64,000 nucleotides of DNA from NCBI GenBank assembly GCA_964608315.1, contig CAZSNF010000015.1:11911-75910 (forward strand), given 5' to 3'. Source of the stretch: an uncultured Rhodothermales bacterium (GTDB lineage: Bacteria > Bacteroidota > Rhodothermia > Rhodothermales > VXPQ01). Every line of letters begins with the position of its first letter. Position 1 is the stretch's first letter. The position numbers and the translations under genes were made by a program. The notes beneath the pieces were generated by a model. It had not been told where the DNA came from, made no database searches, and was given only the letters and a program-made list of their open reading frames with translations. Shown piece after piece: positions 47,366 through 59,457 of the stretch.

Positions 47366-49462
47366 CTACGCCGCAACGGCCCCGGCGCTGGACGAAACGA
47401 TCTCCTCGACGATGCTCTTCGGCGCCTGTTCGTAATGGTCGAATTGCATCGTGTAGATGGCCCGTCCTTGCGTAATGGATCGAAGATCGGTGGAATACCC
47501 GAACATTTCCGACAGCGGCACGGACGCCGTGATGCCCTGCGCATCCTGGCGCGGAACCATGCTTTCGATGCGGCCGCGGCGGCTGTTCAGGTCGCCAATC
47601 ACATCGCCCATGTATTCCTCCGGCGTAATCGCCTCTACTTGCATGATGGGTTCCATCATGACGGGCGTAGCCTTCCGGGCTGCGCTGCGGAAAGCCATCC
47701 GGCCCGCAATCTCGAAGGCGTTCTGATCGGAATCCACGTCGTGGTATTTGCCATCGTAGAGGCGGGCCCGGACTCCTTCGACGGGGTATCCGGCAAGCGG
47801 GCCTTGCAGCATGGCCGCCCTGATCCCCTTTTCCACGGAAGGAATATACTCCTTCGGGATATTGCCTCCCTTGATTTCATCGACGAACTCGAAGCCGACG
47901 CCGCTTTCGGTGGGCGTAAACTCGATGTGGACCTCGGCGAATTGCCCGCGGCCCCCGGTCTGCTTTTTGTGCGTGTACCGCTCGTCCCAAATCGTCGTAA
48001 TCGCCTCGCGATACGCCACCTGGGGACGGCCCACATTGGCGTCCACCTGAAATTCGCGACGCAAACGATCTACGATAATTTCGAGGTGCAGTTCGCCCAT
48101 CCCTGCGATGAGCGTTTGGCCTGTTTCTTCGTCGGTGCGAACGACGAACGTCGGGTCCTCCTCCGACAATTTCATAAGGCCCTGCGACATTTTGTCGCCG
48201 TCCGCCTTGGTCTTCGGCTCGATCGCAATGCGAATAACGGGTTCGGGAAATTCCATGTGCTCAAGCACCACCGGATGGCCCGTATCGCACAAGGTGTCTC
48301 CCGTCCGGATTTTCTTGAGCCCGACCGCCGCCGCAATATCTCCGGCGACCACGCGCTCAACGTCCTCCCGGTGATTCGCATGCATAAACAGAATGCGCCC
48401 GACCCGTTCCTTTTGCTGCGAGGAGCCATTCAAAATCTGCGACCCCTTGTTGAGCGTACCGCTATAAACACGAAAAAAGGTCAGTTTGCCCACGTAGGGG
48501 TCCGTGGCGATCTTGAACGCAATGGCGCTGAACGGAGCGGACGGATCGGGATTGCGCTCGATTTCCTCGCCAGACCTCGGATGAATGCCGGACACCGCCG
48601 GAATGTCCACCGGCCCCGGCAAATAATCGATAGCGCCGTCCAGCAAGCGCTGAACGCCCTTGTTTTTGAATGCGGAACCGCAAAAAACCGGCGTAATGTC
48701 GATGTTCAGGGTGGCTGCGCGAACCGCCGCCCTGATTTCCTGCGGCGTGATTTCCTCGCCTTCGAGGTACTTCATCAGCAAGGCGTCGTTGTGCTCCGCA
48801 ATCGCCTCCAGAAGATGAATGCGCCAGTGCCGCGCTTCCTTCCTGAGGTCCGCAGGCACCTTGATCTCGTCCCAGGTGGCTCCCTGCGTTTCGTCGTGCC
48901 AAATGATCGCCTTGTCCTCGATCAGGTCGATAACGCCCCGAAACATGTCCCCGGCGCCGATCGGTATCTGCACGGGAATAGGATGCGCCTTGAGCCGTTC
49001 GCGCATCATTTGCACGGCGTTCTCGAAATCGGCCCCCGTGCGGTCCATCTTGTTGATAAAGGCGATGCGCGGCACGCCATACTTGTTGGCCTGTCGCCAT
49101 ACCGTCTCGGATTGCGGCTCCACCCCCCCTACGGCGCAGAACAGCGCGATCGCCCCGTCCAGCACGCGCAGCGAGCGCTCCACTTCGACCGTGAAATCCA
49201 CATGGCCCGGCGTATCGATAATGTTAATGCGATGATCTCGCCAGAAGCAGGTGGTCGCGGCGCTCGTGATCGTAATGCCGCGCTCCTTTTCCTGCTCCAT
49301 CCAGTCCATGACGGCGCCGCCTTCATGCACCTCTCCCATGCGATGAAGCCGTCCCGTATAGAACAGGATACGCTCCGTCGTGGTGGTTTTCCCCGCGTCA
49401 ATATGGGCCATGATGCCGATATTGCGGGTTTTTTCAAGAGGTATCGTCTTTATGTTGGCCAT
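47366..49462 (-). CDS. fusA: Elongation factor G.
   Basis: Starts [30 protein letters not shown] (ATG verified at 49462). Confidence 0.96.
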   Translation of the reverse strand: MANIKTIPLEKTRNIGIMAHIDAGKTTTTERILFYTGRLHRMGEVHEGGAVMDWMEQEKERGITITSAATTCFWRDHRINIIDTPGHVDFTVEVERSLRVLDGAIALFCAVGGVEPQSETVWRQANKYGVPRIAFINKMDRTGADFENAVQMMRERLKAHPIPVQIPIGAGDMFRGVIDLIEDKAIIWHDETQGATWDEIKVPADLRKEARHWRIHLLEAIAEHNDALLMKYLEGEEITPQEIRAAVRAATLNIDITPVFCGSAFKNKGVQRLLDGAIDYLPGPVDIPAVSGIHPRSGEEIERNPDPSAPFSAIAFKIATDPYVGKLTFFRVYSGTLNKGSQILNGSSQQKERVGRILFMHANHREDVERVVAGDIAAAVGLKKIRTGDTLCDTGHPVVLEHMEFPEPVIRIAIEPKTKADGDKMSQGLMKLSEEDPTFVVRTDEETGQTLIAGMGELHLEIIVDRLRREFQVDANVGRPQVAYREAITTIWDERYTHKKQTGGRGQFAEVHIEFTPTESGVGFEFVDEIKGGNIPKEYIPSVEKGIRAAMLQGPLAGYPVEGVRARLYDGKYHDVDSDQNAFEIAGRMAFRSAARKATPVMMEPIMQVEAITPEEYMGDVIGDLNSRRGRIESMVPRQDAQGITASVPLSEMFGYSTDLRSITQGRAIYTMQFDHYEQAPKSIVEEIVSSSAGAVAA

Positions 49463-49534
49463 TGCTGTGCTCGATATATCAAGCCCCCGCCGCAAACAAG
49501 CGACCGAAAGGCTGCAAATCGCATCCCTGGTCCG

Positions 49535-50002
49535 TCAAAACCGAAAGTGGGCGAACGCCTTGTTGGATTCAGCCATTCTGTGCGTATCGTCTTTCTTCTT
49601 GACGGACCCTCCTTCTCCCTTGGCCGCCGCCTGCAGTTCGTTTGCAAGCCGCAACGCAAAGCTCTTGTCGCTACGGGCGTGCGCGTAGCGGATAATCCAC
49701 CGAAACGCCAGCGCGGTGCGGCGCTCGGGGCGGACTTCAACGGGCACCTGATAGGTAGCCCCGCCGACGCGACGACTCCGCACCTCAATGAGCGGCGCCA
49801 CATTCTCGACCGCTTTTCTGAACACCTCGACCCCCGGCTCCCCGGTGCGCTCCCCGGCAAGGTCGAACGCCTGATACACTACCCGTTGCGCCGTGCTCTT
49901 CTTGCCGTCTTTCAGCACGCTGGAAATAAAACGGCCCACGAGCTCGTCGCCATAGACAGAATCCGCGGCGGTCTTGCGTTTTTCTGCTTTGTTTCTGCGC
50001 AT
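49535..50002 (-). CDS. rpsG: 30S ribosomal protein S7.
   Basis: MRRNKAEKR...YQVPVEVRPERR...AHFRF. Confidence 0.95.
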   Translation of the reverse strand: MRRNKAEKRKTAADSVYGDELVGRFISSVLKDGKKSTAQRVVYQAFDLAGERTGEPGVEVFRKAVENVAPLIEVRSRRVGGATYQVPVEVRPERRTALAFRWIIRYAHARSDKSFALRLANELQAAAKGEGGSVKKKDDTHRMAESNKAFAHFRF

Positions 50003-50066
50003 GATTCAGACCTTTTTGCAATACGGACCAGGCATCCTGTCCTGAAGAACGAATTTTCTTTCCGGA

Positions 50067-50441
50067 TTACTTTCGCGGCTTCTTTGCGCCGTACTTCGAC
50101 CGGGCCTGCATGCGATCCCCCACGCCCGCCGTATCCAGCGCACCGCGCACAATGTGGTACTTCACGCCGGGCAAGTCCTTGACGCGCCCGCCCCGCACAA
50201 GCACAATCGAATGCTCCTGCAAATTGTGCCCCTCGCCCGGAATGTAGGCGATCACCTCATAGCCGTTCGTAAGCCGCACCTTCGCCACTTTGCGGAGCGC
50301 AGAATTCGGCTTCTTCGGCGTCGTCGTGTAGACGCGCGTACAGACGCCCCGCTTCTGCGGACTGCCTTCAAGCGCAGCGGCTTTGGTCTTTACAGGCTTT
50401 TGCGCTCGTCCATGGCGAACGAGCTGCTGAATGGTCGGCAC
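50067..50441 (-). CDS. rpsL: 30S ribosomal protein S12.
   Basis: [12 protein letters not shown]...[19 protein letters not shown]. Confidence 0.96.
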   Translation of the reverse strand: MPTIQQLVRHGRAQKPVKTKAAALEGSPQKRGVCTRVYTTTPKKPNSALRKVAKVRLTNGYEVIAYIPGEGHNLQEHSIVLVRGGRVKDLPGVKYHIVRGALDTAGVGDRMQARSKYGAKKPRK

Positions 50442-50555
50442 GATTCGGCGTCAGATTCTATCGGGATGAAAAAAATCGTTCGGGCGCCGCCGCAGAACCG
50501 CACGGACAACGCCGGCGGGCGTCGCAGCAAGGCGCCAAAACAGCGCAAGCCTCAC

Positions 50556-50584
50556 AATATAATGCATGTGAGCGTTGAATTCAA
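50556..50584 (-). promoter_or_regulatory. Candidate sigma70-type promoter for the str operon (TTGAAT-N17-TATATT).
   Basis: The minus strand reads TTGAAT (50584-50579), a 17-nt spacer, then TATATT (50561-50556). It lies ~115 nt upstream of the rpsL ATG in a locally AT-rich patch. Confidence 0.4.
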
Positions 50585-50638
50585 TACAATTGGTTAAGAT
50601 CGGGTAAAAAATCATTCCGGGCAGCGCAGCAACCGGGG

Positions 50639-50672
50639 GGATACCCTGATTAGGGCTTGTTAACACTATGCG
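50639..50672. repeat. Short repeat-family variant (terminal repeat + GATTAGGGCTTGTTAACAC linker) overlapping the ftsH stop.
   Basis: GGATACCCTGATTAGGGCTTGTTAACACTATGCG is nearly identical to 58526-58558. Confidence 0.65.
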
Positions 50673-52792
50673 CCGCCGTCGGCCTTTTCCTCTTCGCCGA
50701 CATGCGTCTCCGAATCCGGGGAATCTTCTTCTCCGTCGAGGACAACGCGCAACGCTTCCTGAGCCACTCCGTTTCCAGACGCCTCTGCTCCGGCCTCCCC
50801 GCCGGAAGCGCCGTTCAGCGAGATATATTCGCCATGGGGACGCGGCCCGAGAATATCGACAAGTTCCCTTGGACCCAGCACTTCCTTGTCCAGCAACGCC
50901 CTGGCCATCTCTTCCAGCGATGACCGCTTCTCTTCCAGCAAGGCGCGCGCGCGTTCGCGAATTTCGTCAATAATCACCCGTACTTCCTCGTCGATAATGC
51001 GGGCCGTCTCGTTGGAGTACGGTTTTTCGAAAATGGGGCCGTCCTCGTCCCGGTTGGAGCGGTTATACGAAACGCACCCGACCCGATCGCTCATGCCGTA
51101 ATAAACCACCATGGCGTAGGCCATTCGGGTAATGCGTTCGAGATCGTTCTGCGCGCCGGTCGAAATGCGCCCGAAAACGATTTCCTCCGCCACGCGCCCG
51201 CCAACGGCCATGGTCATCCGATCCATCAACGCCTCTCTGGTGTAGAGATAGCGTTCTTCGGGAAGATACTGGGCGTAGCCAAGCGCAGCCAGCCCGCGCG
51301 GTATGATCGACACCTTGACGACCGGGTCCGTATGCTCCAGAAACCAGCCCGCAATGGCGTGGCCCGCCTCGTGGTAGGCGACAATCTTGCGTTCTTCCGG
51401 CGAGATCAGTTTGTTCTTCTTTTCAAGCCCGGCGATCACGCGGTCGATGGCTTGCTCGAAATCCCCCATTTCAATGGATTCCTTCTCCGCCCGCGCGGCG
51501 AGCAGGGCCGCCTCGTTGCACACGTTGGCGATTTCGGCGCCCGCAAAACCGGGCGTTTGTCCGGCCAGCACTTCCGGGTTTACATCGTCGTGCAGCAGCA
51601 AGCGCCGGGTATGCACCCTGAAAATTTCCGCGCGCTCGCGGCGATCCGGCTTGTCTATCAGAATCTGCCGATCAAAACGGCCAGGGCGCAACAACGCGCT
51701 GTCCAGCACGTCCGGACGATTCGTGGCGGCCATGATAATGACCCCCTTGTCGGTATTGAACCCGTCCATCTCGACCAGCAACTGGTTCAATGTATTCTCG
51801 CGCTCGTCGTTGGCGCCCATCATCATGCCGCGTCCGCGGGTCCGCCCGATGGCGTCGATCTCGTCGATGAAAATGATGCAGGGGGCTTTTTCCTTGGCCT
51901 GCTTGAAAAGATCGCGTACGCGGGCGGCGCCGACGCCCACGAACATCTCTACGAAATCGGACCCGGAAAGCGAAAAGAACGGAACGCCCGCTTCCCCGGC
52001 AACCGCCTTCGCCAACAGGGTTTTACCCGTTCCCGGAGGGCCTACGAGCAACACGCCCTTGGGTAGTTTGCCCCCCAGTTTGATGAATTTTTTGGGATTC
52101 GTCAGAAAATCGGCGACTTCTACGACTTCTTCCTTGGCTTCGTCCAGTCCCGCCACATCCTTGAACGTCAACTGCTGCTCTCCCATGGCGTCGAAAAGCA
52201 CGGCCTTGTTCTTGCCGATGCTGAGCACCTGGGACCCCGGATTCATGCGGCGAATCAGAAAAACCCACAGCAACACAATCAGCAGGAGCGGAAAAATCCA
52301 GATCAGCATCCCGCCGAACCACGGTTCCTCGACGCGCGCGGAAAATTCCACGGCCGCCTTGTCCTCGCCGACAGCCTGCGCATTGTAATCCCGCAGAAAA
52401 TCGGTCAGGTCGTGGTCGTCGGGCTTGGCGCTGACGAAGGCAAGCGCCGCCTCCGGAGAACTGTCGGCCCAGAACGCATCGGACGGCTCCGGGACTTCAA
52501 CATGGCCCTCCTCTACGGCTTCCGGCGTAAAAACGCCCTCTATGCGCTGATCGTTGACCACGACCACGCGATCCACGTACCCGCTCTCTACATGCTCGAG
52601 GAAGGCGCTGTAGTCGATGAGATTCGACGACCCGACGGACCGGAACAGCAAAAGGTGCACGAGCAGCATCAGGAATACCGCGAGGTATATCCACACGGCA
52701 ATCCGGGGCTTGCGTTTCGCAGGCCGCGCGTTATCTTGCCTGGAAGGCTCTTCTGCTTCCGGTTGGGTATGTTCAGGGCCGGATTCCGACAT
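50666..52792 (-). CDS. ftsH: ATP-dependent zinc metalloprotease FtsH.
   Basis: Walker [17 protein letters not shown] region, zinc motif HEAGHAI. Alternative start at 52840. Confidence 0.95.
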   Translation of the reverse strand: MSESGPEHTQPEAEEPSRQDNARPAKRKPRIAVWIYLAVFLMLLVHLLLFRSVGSSNLIDYSAFLEHVESGYVDRVVVVNDQRIEGVFTPEAVEEGHVEVPEPSDAFWADSSPEAALAFVSAKPDDHDLTDFLRDYNAQAVGEDKAAVEFSARVEEPWFGGMLIWIFPLLLIVLLWVFLIRRMNPGSQVLSIGKNKAVLFDAMGEQQLTFKDVAGLDEAKEEVVEVADFLTNPKKFIKLGGKLPKGVLLVGPPGTGKTLLAKAVAGEAGVPFFSLSGSDFVEMFVGVGAARVRDLFKQAKEKAPCIIFIDEIDAIGRTRGRGMMMGANDERENTLNQLLVEMDGFNTDKGVIIMAATNRPDVLDSALLRPGRFDRQILIDKPDRRERAEIFRVHTRRLLLHDDVNPEVLAGQTPGFAGAEIANVCNEAALLAARAEKESIEMGDFEQAIDRVIAGLEKKNKLISPEERKIVAYHEAGHAIAGWFLEHTDPVVKVSIIPRGLAALGYAQYLPEERYLYTREALMDRMTMAVGGRVAEEIVFGRISTGAQNDLERITRMAYAMVVYYGMSDRVGCVSYNRSNRDEDGPIFEKPYSNETARIIDEEVRVIIDEIRERARALLEEKRSSLEEMARALLDKEVLGPRELVDILGPRPHGEYISLNGASGGEAGAEASGNGVAQEALRVVLDGEEDSPDSETHVGEEEKADGGA

Positions 52793-53028
52793 ATCGCCAA
52801 GGTTTGCGCCTGGACGGCATTGCGCGCCGATCACGGACACGGATGCGTAAATGCATAATATCGCGTACAGCGCCGATTGCGCCGGCGCAACTACAGGTAC
52901 AGGATATTACAGGGACAAACTATGTTTACGCGCGACGGCAGGCGGTTGTTTCCTGGAGCAACAGCGCCGGCAAGGCCCGGGGAAACGATCCGCCGCCCCT
53001 TGCGGAGTTAGGGCCTGTCAAAGCGTCC

Positions 53029-56000
53029 CTAAGGAGTATTCAGCGGAATGACCCGGGCTGCTTGCGCCATGTCCTCCAATATGTATCGGACGCCTTGCAG
53101 CCCCGCCTCGGCAGCCTCCTCGCTCGGAAAATGGCCCAGCACGGCAAGGTAAACCGTCGCATCGTCCACCGAATCGACCACGACCGCGACTCGAAACCCC
53201 TGCTGCCTGTACGGCGCAATGAGCGTTTCCATGGGTTCGCGCTCGGCGTGGGCGTCGAACGCGATGGTGAATCCGCCCAATACAGGCTGAACGCCGCCCG
53301 GGCCGTACATGGAAAATTCGCCGGTGGGGATCTCGGACAGGGCCGGCGCAAACGCTTCTTCGGACAACACAGCGGTTTCGTCTGGCGGCGCAGGCGCTTC
53401 GCTCGGCGGGGCAAACGTTTCTTCCGCAGGAACAGGGACCTCGCTCGGCGGAGCGGAAACGTCTCTGGACGCCGCGGGCGCTTCGTCCGGCGGGGCGGCT
53501 TCGTCAAGGGAGTCGGGCGTCGCGCCAACCTGTTCGACGAAAAGGGAATCCGGAACGGTCGGCGCCGCAAGCGAATCGGCGAAGATATTCAGGGAGTCCG
53601 AAACAGCGGGCGCCGCAAGCGAATCAGCGGAGGCGTTCAGGGAATCCTGCAAGGCCTGTTCCGCATCCAGCACATCCAGGATATATCCGGCTCGCTCGGC
53701 ATACGGCGTACCGGGGTACAAGGTGCGGACGCCGGCGTACACCGAACGGAGATCGACGATATCTACGGCGGCGGAAGCAAGCAAATCGCCCGGCGGAACT
53801 TCGTCGTTCGCAGGCAACGCGACCAGCAAGTCCGGCGCAGCGTTCGCTTGCAAGGAATCCGCAGCAAGATCCGTTTGCAGGGAATCCGGCAAAGCGATTA
53901 CAGGGGATTCAGGGGATAAGGAATCCGCAGCGGCAAGCATGTCCGGCGGAGGTTGCATAATGCCGGCCTGGATCAGCACCGAATCCGGCAACGCGACGGA
54001 CAACGGCCCAAGCACGTCCAGCGAATCCTCGGCGGCCCATTCGAAATAAATGCGGCCCGCGGCGAACAGCGCCTTCGGCGCCGCCTCCATATCCCGATAA
54101 CGGGAAGCAATAAGCACCATGCGGCGAAACGCCTCTTCGTACGCCTCGTCCCGCCACTGAACCACCGCCTCTTCGTACGCCTCTTGCGCAACGGCAAGAC
54201 TGTCCAGCGTTTCCTTTGGCTCAAGGCCCAGTTCCATGCGAACCCGCGCGGCAAAATCGGAATCCGGATAATCAGACAAAACCTGCCGGTATATCCCTTG
54301 CGCACTGAGCGTATCGCCCAGCGAACGCTGCACTTCGGCCAAGGCGTAAAACGCTCGCTGGGCAACTTCTGCATCCGCATTCTCCTCGATCACCATACGA
54401 TACCAGACGGCAGCGGAATCCGCCTTGTTCATAGACAGGAAAAGCACATTCCCCAGTTCGTACCGGGCCAGCGCGCGCGCTTCTTCCATCTCCGCCTGGC
54501 TCAGCGAATCGCGCGGAACGCCGGACACGTCAATCAGGGGAAATGCAAACATATCCATAGCGCCCATTCCGCCATCCGAAGCGTCCGCCTCTTCTCCGGA
54601 ATCGCCCTCCTCGCGCGCGTTCAAGGCGATCGAAACGGCCTCCATGCGGCGCCAGCCGGGCACATGCGGACGTTCGCCCCAGCGCGACACAAAGTTTATG
54701 CGCGCCTCCTGTACGCGCACGCGGTCCCGATGATGCAGGAAGCCCGCCTCGCCAATATTGGCCGCGCTGGAGCTCCCGGCTGTTCCGACCGCCCCCGCCC
54801 GGGAAGCCGCATCCCGGAAGCCGCGCTCGGCTTGCAACTGCTCCGTGCGGCGACGCTCTTCTTCAAGTTCCCTCGCTTTCTGCTCCTGCATTGCGCGAAT
54901 GCGCTCTTCAAATTCCTCTTCGGGCAAACGCCCCAGCGCAAGCAACGAATCCATGCGAGCGACGCGGAGGCGCACCTCGGCGAAACCGCCGAACACGTCG
55001 GCCTGCTCATCCGCATCTGTCACGGCTTCGGGAGCATATTGCGCAACGCTTCCGGATCTCGAGGCGGAAAAGGCGGAAAGCGCTGTCCGGGCGGTATCGA
55101 AGTGCGCCGAAGCAAGCGGGTAATCCCGAAAAGCGTCCCGGTACAATTCGGCCAGCGCATAGTGCGTCAGTCCGCGGACGGTCTGGTTTCTGACTTCTTC
55201 CTCGTACAGGATGCGGTCGTATGCGGCGAACGCATCGCGGAACAAGCCTTGCGCCTGATAAATGCGGCCCCGCACATACGCAAGTTCGGGGCGGCGGTCG
55301 TAATGCTTGTCGTCGCGATCCATGCGACGCAATGCCTCCAGCGCCGCTACGCGATCAAGATGCATGCCCTGGACGCGCACCATGCTCAGCGACGCAGCAT
55401 AGTCCAGTTCGTACGGGGGGCGTTCCTTGCGCACCCGCTCGTAGGCCTCGACGGCGTCCTCGTACCGCTCCAGGGTTTCGTATACCTGGCCAAGCAAAAA
55501 AGCCCCTTTGGCCCGGAACTCCTTGTTGCGCGCATCGGACAAACCCGCTGCGAGTTCCTCCGCCGCCTTGTCGAAAGCACCCTGCTTAACGAACAATTCC
55601 CCAAACGCAAGGCGCAACTGCGCCCTCGACCGCCGCGAAACATTTTCCCGCTCCAGGCTGCCTGCAAGGTGTTGCTGCGCCGCTTCGTAGGAACGCACGG
55701 CCATCAGGGTCCGGGCCAGCCAGATCCGGGCCTCGTCCTCAAGGCTGGATCCGAAGGCGATGACCTCGCGGAATTTCTGTTCGGCGCCTACGTAATTTTC
55801 CTGATAAAAATAGGACTTTCCGATCAACATGAGCGCATCGTCCACCCATTTGGAGCGCGGATGGTCGATCAATATATCGGTGCTCTTGTCGATGGCCGCC
55901 CGGAAATTGACATTGCCGCCCGAGCGAGGCGGGCCTCCGAAGATGGCGAGATATTGCATCCGGTCTATGGGCTCCTCGGAGGATTCCATGGCCTGAACGC

Positions 56001-56157
56001 CATTCTCGTAGGACTGCCCTGCGTTATAGAACGTATTGTAATACGAGGTGAAATTGTCGTAACGCCGCCCGATAAAGGAAGCGCTTCCGCACCCGGTCGC
56101 AACGAACAGGAGAATCGCTGCGACAAGATAGACGCCGGTGCGAACGTAGGGCGACAT
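53029..56157 (-). CDS. TPR-repeat lipoprotein with a P/A/S-rich linker and a SPOR-like C-terminal domain.
   Basis: Lipobox LFVATGC, many TPR-like helical repeats, ~250 aa of low complexity (ADSLAAPAVSDSL, APPSEAPAPPDE), then a terminal ~80 aa resembling a SPOR fold. ATG verified at 56157. Confidence 0.7.
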   Translation of the reverse strand: MSPYVRTGVYLVAAILLFVATGCGSASFIGRRYDNFTSYYNTFYNAGQSYENGVQAMESSEEPIDRMQYLAIFGGPPRSGGNVNFRAAIDKSTDILIDHPRSKWVDDALMLIGKSYFYQENYVGAEQKFREVIAFGSSLEDEARIWLARTLMAVRSYEAAQQHLAGSLERENVSRRSRAQLRLAFGELFVKQGAFDKAAEELAAGLSDARNKEFRAKGAFLLGQVYETLERYEDAVEAYERVRKERPPYELDYAASLSMVRVQGMHLDRVAALEALRRMDRDDKHYDRRPELAYVRGRIYQAQGLFRDAFAAYDRILYEEEVRNQTVRGLTHYALAELYRDAFRDYPLASAHFDTARTALSAFSASRSGSVAQYAPEAVTDADEQADVFGGFAEVRLRVARMDSLLALGRLPEEEFEERIRAMQEQKARELEEERRRTEQLQAERGFRDAASRAGAVGTAGSSSAANIGEAGFLHHRDRVRVQEARINFVSRWGERPHVPGWRRMEAVSIALNAREEGDSGEEADASDGGMGAMDMFAFPLIDVSGVPRDSLSQAEMEEARALARYELGNVLFLSMNKADSAAVWYRMVIEENADAEVAQRAFYALAEVQRSLGDTLSAQGIYRQVLSDYPDSDFAARVRMELGLEPKETLDSLAVAQEAYEEAVVQWRDEAYEEAFRRMVLIASRYRDMEAAPKALFAAGRIYFEWAAEDSLDVLGPLSVALPDSVLIQAGIMQPPPDMLAAADSLSPESPVIALPDSLQTDLAADSLQANAAPDLLVALPANDEVPPGDLLASAAVDIVDLRSVYAGVRTLYPGTPYAERAGYILDVLDAEQALQDSLNASADSLAAPAVSDSLNIFADSLAAPTVPDSLFVEQVGATPDSLDEAAPPDEAPAASRDVSAPPSEVPVPAEETFAPPSEAPAPPDETAVLSEEAFAPALSEIPTGEFSMYGPGGVQPVLGGFTIAFDAHAEREPMETLIAPYRQQGFRVAVVVDSVDDATVYLAVLGHFPSEEAAEAGLQGVRYILEDMAQAARVIPLNTP

Positions 56158-56229
56158 GGGCGGCAAGCGAATGGGCGGGAAAAAGAGGAGAAAAAGCCCG
56201 GAGGAACCGCGAAACATCCAGCGCGGCGG

Positions 56230-57657
<1,428 letters not shown>

Positions 57658-57667
57658 AATAGCAAAG

Positions 57668-58066
57668 CTATGAGCCCCGGTCGTACGCGACTTCGGGATC
57701 GAAGACGCGCTCGCCGTCCGTAATCAGGCGTTCGTCGTCGTATCGGCGATAAAAACACGACCTGTACCCGGCATGGCACGCGCCGCCCCCATGCTGTTTC
57801 ACCTTGAAAAGCAGTGCGTCGCCGTCGCAATCGATTCGTATTTCCACGACTTCCTGAATATGCCCGCTGCTTTGGCCTTTCACCCATACCTCCTGACGAG
57901 AACGACTCCAGTACGTCATGACGCCGTCGCACAGCGTACGGTGCAGGGTATCCCGGTTCATCCATGCAAGCATCAGCACTTCGCCTGTTGCGTGGTCCTG
58001 CGCCAGGGCAGGAACCAATCCGTTGGGGTCAAACGTTACCTGTTCGAGAAATACGTTCGTATCCAT
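57668..58066 (-). CDS. hisI: Phosphoribosyl-AMP cyclohydrolase (monofunctional HisI).
   Basis: Starts [24 protein letters not shown] (ATG verified at 58066), with [18 protein letters not shown] and DCDGDALL. Confidence 0.88.
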   Translation of the reverse strand: MDTNVFLEQVTFDPNGLVPALAQDHATGEVLMLAWMNRDTLHRTLCDGVMTYWSRSRQEVWVKGQSSGHIQEVVEIRIDCDGDALLFKVKQHGGGACHAGYRSCFYRRYDDERLITDGERVFDPEVAYDRGS

Positions 58067-58249
58067 AATTCCGTAATGATTGTACGCGCTCGCAAGAACA
58101 TCCCGCGTTCCCGCGCAAAAACGCATGGCGCCGAGCAGAGGAACCGGAACGTTCCTTGCCGAATTACAACGGAATGCCCGCCGAACGGTTCTGTCTCCAT
58201 GTTTTTCGAGCGGCCTCGCTCCTGCGCCCCTTTTCATCCGTCCGCGTTC

Positions 58250-58540
58250 ATGCACCGCGCCATCGCCCGCATAGTACGAATCCCGCGCCTGCTTTTGAAA
58301 GGGCTGGTGCGGTTGTATCAGTACGCCGTGTCCCCGCACATACCGTCCAGCTGCCGCTATACGCCCTCTTGTTCGGAATACGCCGCAGAGGCGTTCGAAA
58401 AGTACGGCGCCCTCAAGGGCGCAGTGCTGGCTGCGCACCGCCTGCTGCGATGCACTCCCTGGGGGCGAGGCGGATACGACCCGCCCCGCTGGCATGGCGA
58501 GAAAAAACAGCAAAACGCCCCTGAAGGATATTCTGATTAG
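58250..58540 (+). CDS. yidD: Membrane protein insertion efficiency factor YidD.
   Basis: [39 protein letters not shown]...[12 protein letters not shown]. It lies inside the longer artefactual ORF 57773..58540. Confidence 0.85.
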   Translation: MHRAIARIVRIPRLLLKGLVRLYQYAVSPHIPSSCRYTPSCSEYAAEAFEKYGALKGAVLAAHRLLRCTPWGRGGYDPPRWHGEKKQQNAPEGYSD

Positions 58541-58568
58541 GGCCTGTTAACACTATGCAGAGGTTCCT
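58524..58568. repeat. Short repeat-family variant filling the yidD-moaB junction.
   Basis: AAGGATATTCTGATTAGGGCCTGTTAACACTATGCAGAGGTTCCTT. The first 17 nt encode the last yidD residues (GYSD) and its TAG stop. Confidence 0.7.
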
Positions 58569-58571
58569 TAA

Positions 58572-59078
58572 ATGTCCAGTTACGAAGAACACAAACGGGC
58601 CGCGGCGAAAACGCCTGTGCGCGCAGGCGTAATCACGGTCAGCGACACCCGAACGGAAGCAACAGACGCCAGCGGTCGATACATTGCAGAAACGCTGGGG
58701 CAAGGCGGCGTGGAAATCCTTGCCGCCCGCATCGTGCCGGACGAGCCAGAACGCATCGAAGCCGCCCTGAACGAACTGGGGACGCGGTGCGAGGTCCTTG
58801 TGACGACGGGCGGGACGGGCGTCGGCCGCCGGGACACGACCATTGACGTCGTAACCCGCAAATTCGAGCGCACGCTGCCAGGATTCGGCGAAATTTTTCG
58901 CATGCTTTCCTACGAGGAAATCGGGTCGGGCGCCATACTTTCGCGCGCCGAAGCAGGGATATGGGGCCAGACGCTGGTTTTTTCGCTCCCGGGCTCCCTG
59001 AATGCGGTGCGCCTGGCGATCGACCGATTGATCCTGCCCGAAATCCATCATCTTGTCTGGGAAACGATCCGGCAATAA
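58572..59078 (+). CDS. moaB: Molybdenum cofactor biosynthesis protein B (MoaB/MogA family).
   Basis: AGVITVSDTR...VLVTTGGTGVGRRDTT...FSLPGS. Confidence 0.85.
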   Translation: MSSYEEHKRAAAKTPVRAGVITVSDTRTEATDASGRYIAETLGQGGVEILAARIVPDEPERIEAALNELGTRCEVLVTTGGTGVGRRDTTIDVVTRKFERTLPGFGEIFRMLSYEEIGSGAILSRAEAGIWGQTLVFSLPGSLNAVRLAIDRLILPEIHHLVWETIRQ

Positions 59079-59167
59079 GCGCAGGCCGAAAACAACCGCG
59101 TCGAAGCAAGGCCTTCCGCCGGACATGCGCCTGAACGCCATGCAGGCGCTTCCGCGCCGTCTTTTCG

Positions 59168-59429
59168 TTAGGGAACCTCTGGTTAATTCTGCAAAGTTCA
59201 GAGGCTGCGAGGGACGCGCTGGCAAGGAATGACGAAGCAATGCGGCAGGCCCCGCATAATGAGGAATGACGCGGCCAGCGCGTCCCTCGCAGCCTCCCGA
59301 AGGGCGCTTCGCGTCCGCTGCGCCCGAATACGTAGCGTATGCCGCTGATTGCAACGACGCCGTCATAATGTCACTGTACGCGCGAACGCGAAGCGCTGAT
59401 CGAAGTAGAATTAATCAGAGGTTCCTTAG
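59168..59429 (-). mobile_element. Full-length MITE-like element (254 bp) plus flanking TTAG direct repeats.
   Basis: Ends GGAACCTCTGGTTAATTCT (59172-59190) and AGAATTAATCAGAGGTTCC (59407-59425). TTAG lies at 59168-59171 and 59426-59429. A perfect 23-bp inverted repeat pairs 59201-59223 with 59274-59296. Confidence 0.85.
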
Positions 59430-59457
59430 ATATTGTTTTTCATCGCATCCCCGTCCC

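Noticed and set aside
47351-50182. Very long ORFs lie antisense to known genes: 47351..50182(+), 53953..57150(+), 31238..33046(+), 6463..7866(-), 10846..12126(-), 27867..29453(-), 59440..60906(-).
   Set aside because: They lie opposite unambiguous conserved genes (fusA/rpsG, the TPR protein/pyk, rpoA-rpsM, thrS, pheT, the Calx-beta gene, cysS). They are R/G/P-rich with no recognisable motifs. This is the typical stop-codon-poor antisense frame of a high-GC genome.
57668-58066. Stand-alone hisI next to pyk, outside a his operon, as a possible oddity.
   Set aside because: Monofunctional, dispersed his genes are common in many phyla. Nothing in the sequence suggests a special role.
59127-59165. 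Hairpin GCGCCTG-N9-CAGGCGC after moaB as an intrinsic terminator.
   Set aside because: The stem is short and is not followed directly by a U-tract (TTCCGCGCCGTCTTTT is interrupted), so support is too weak to call.
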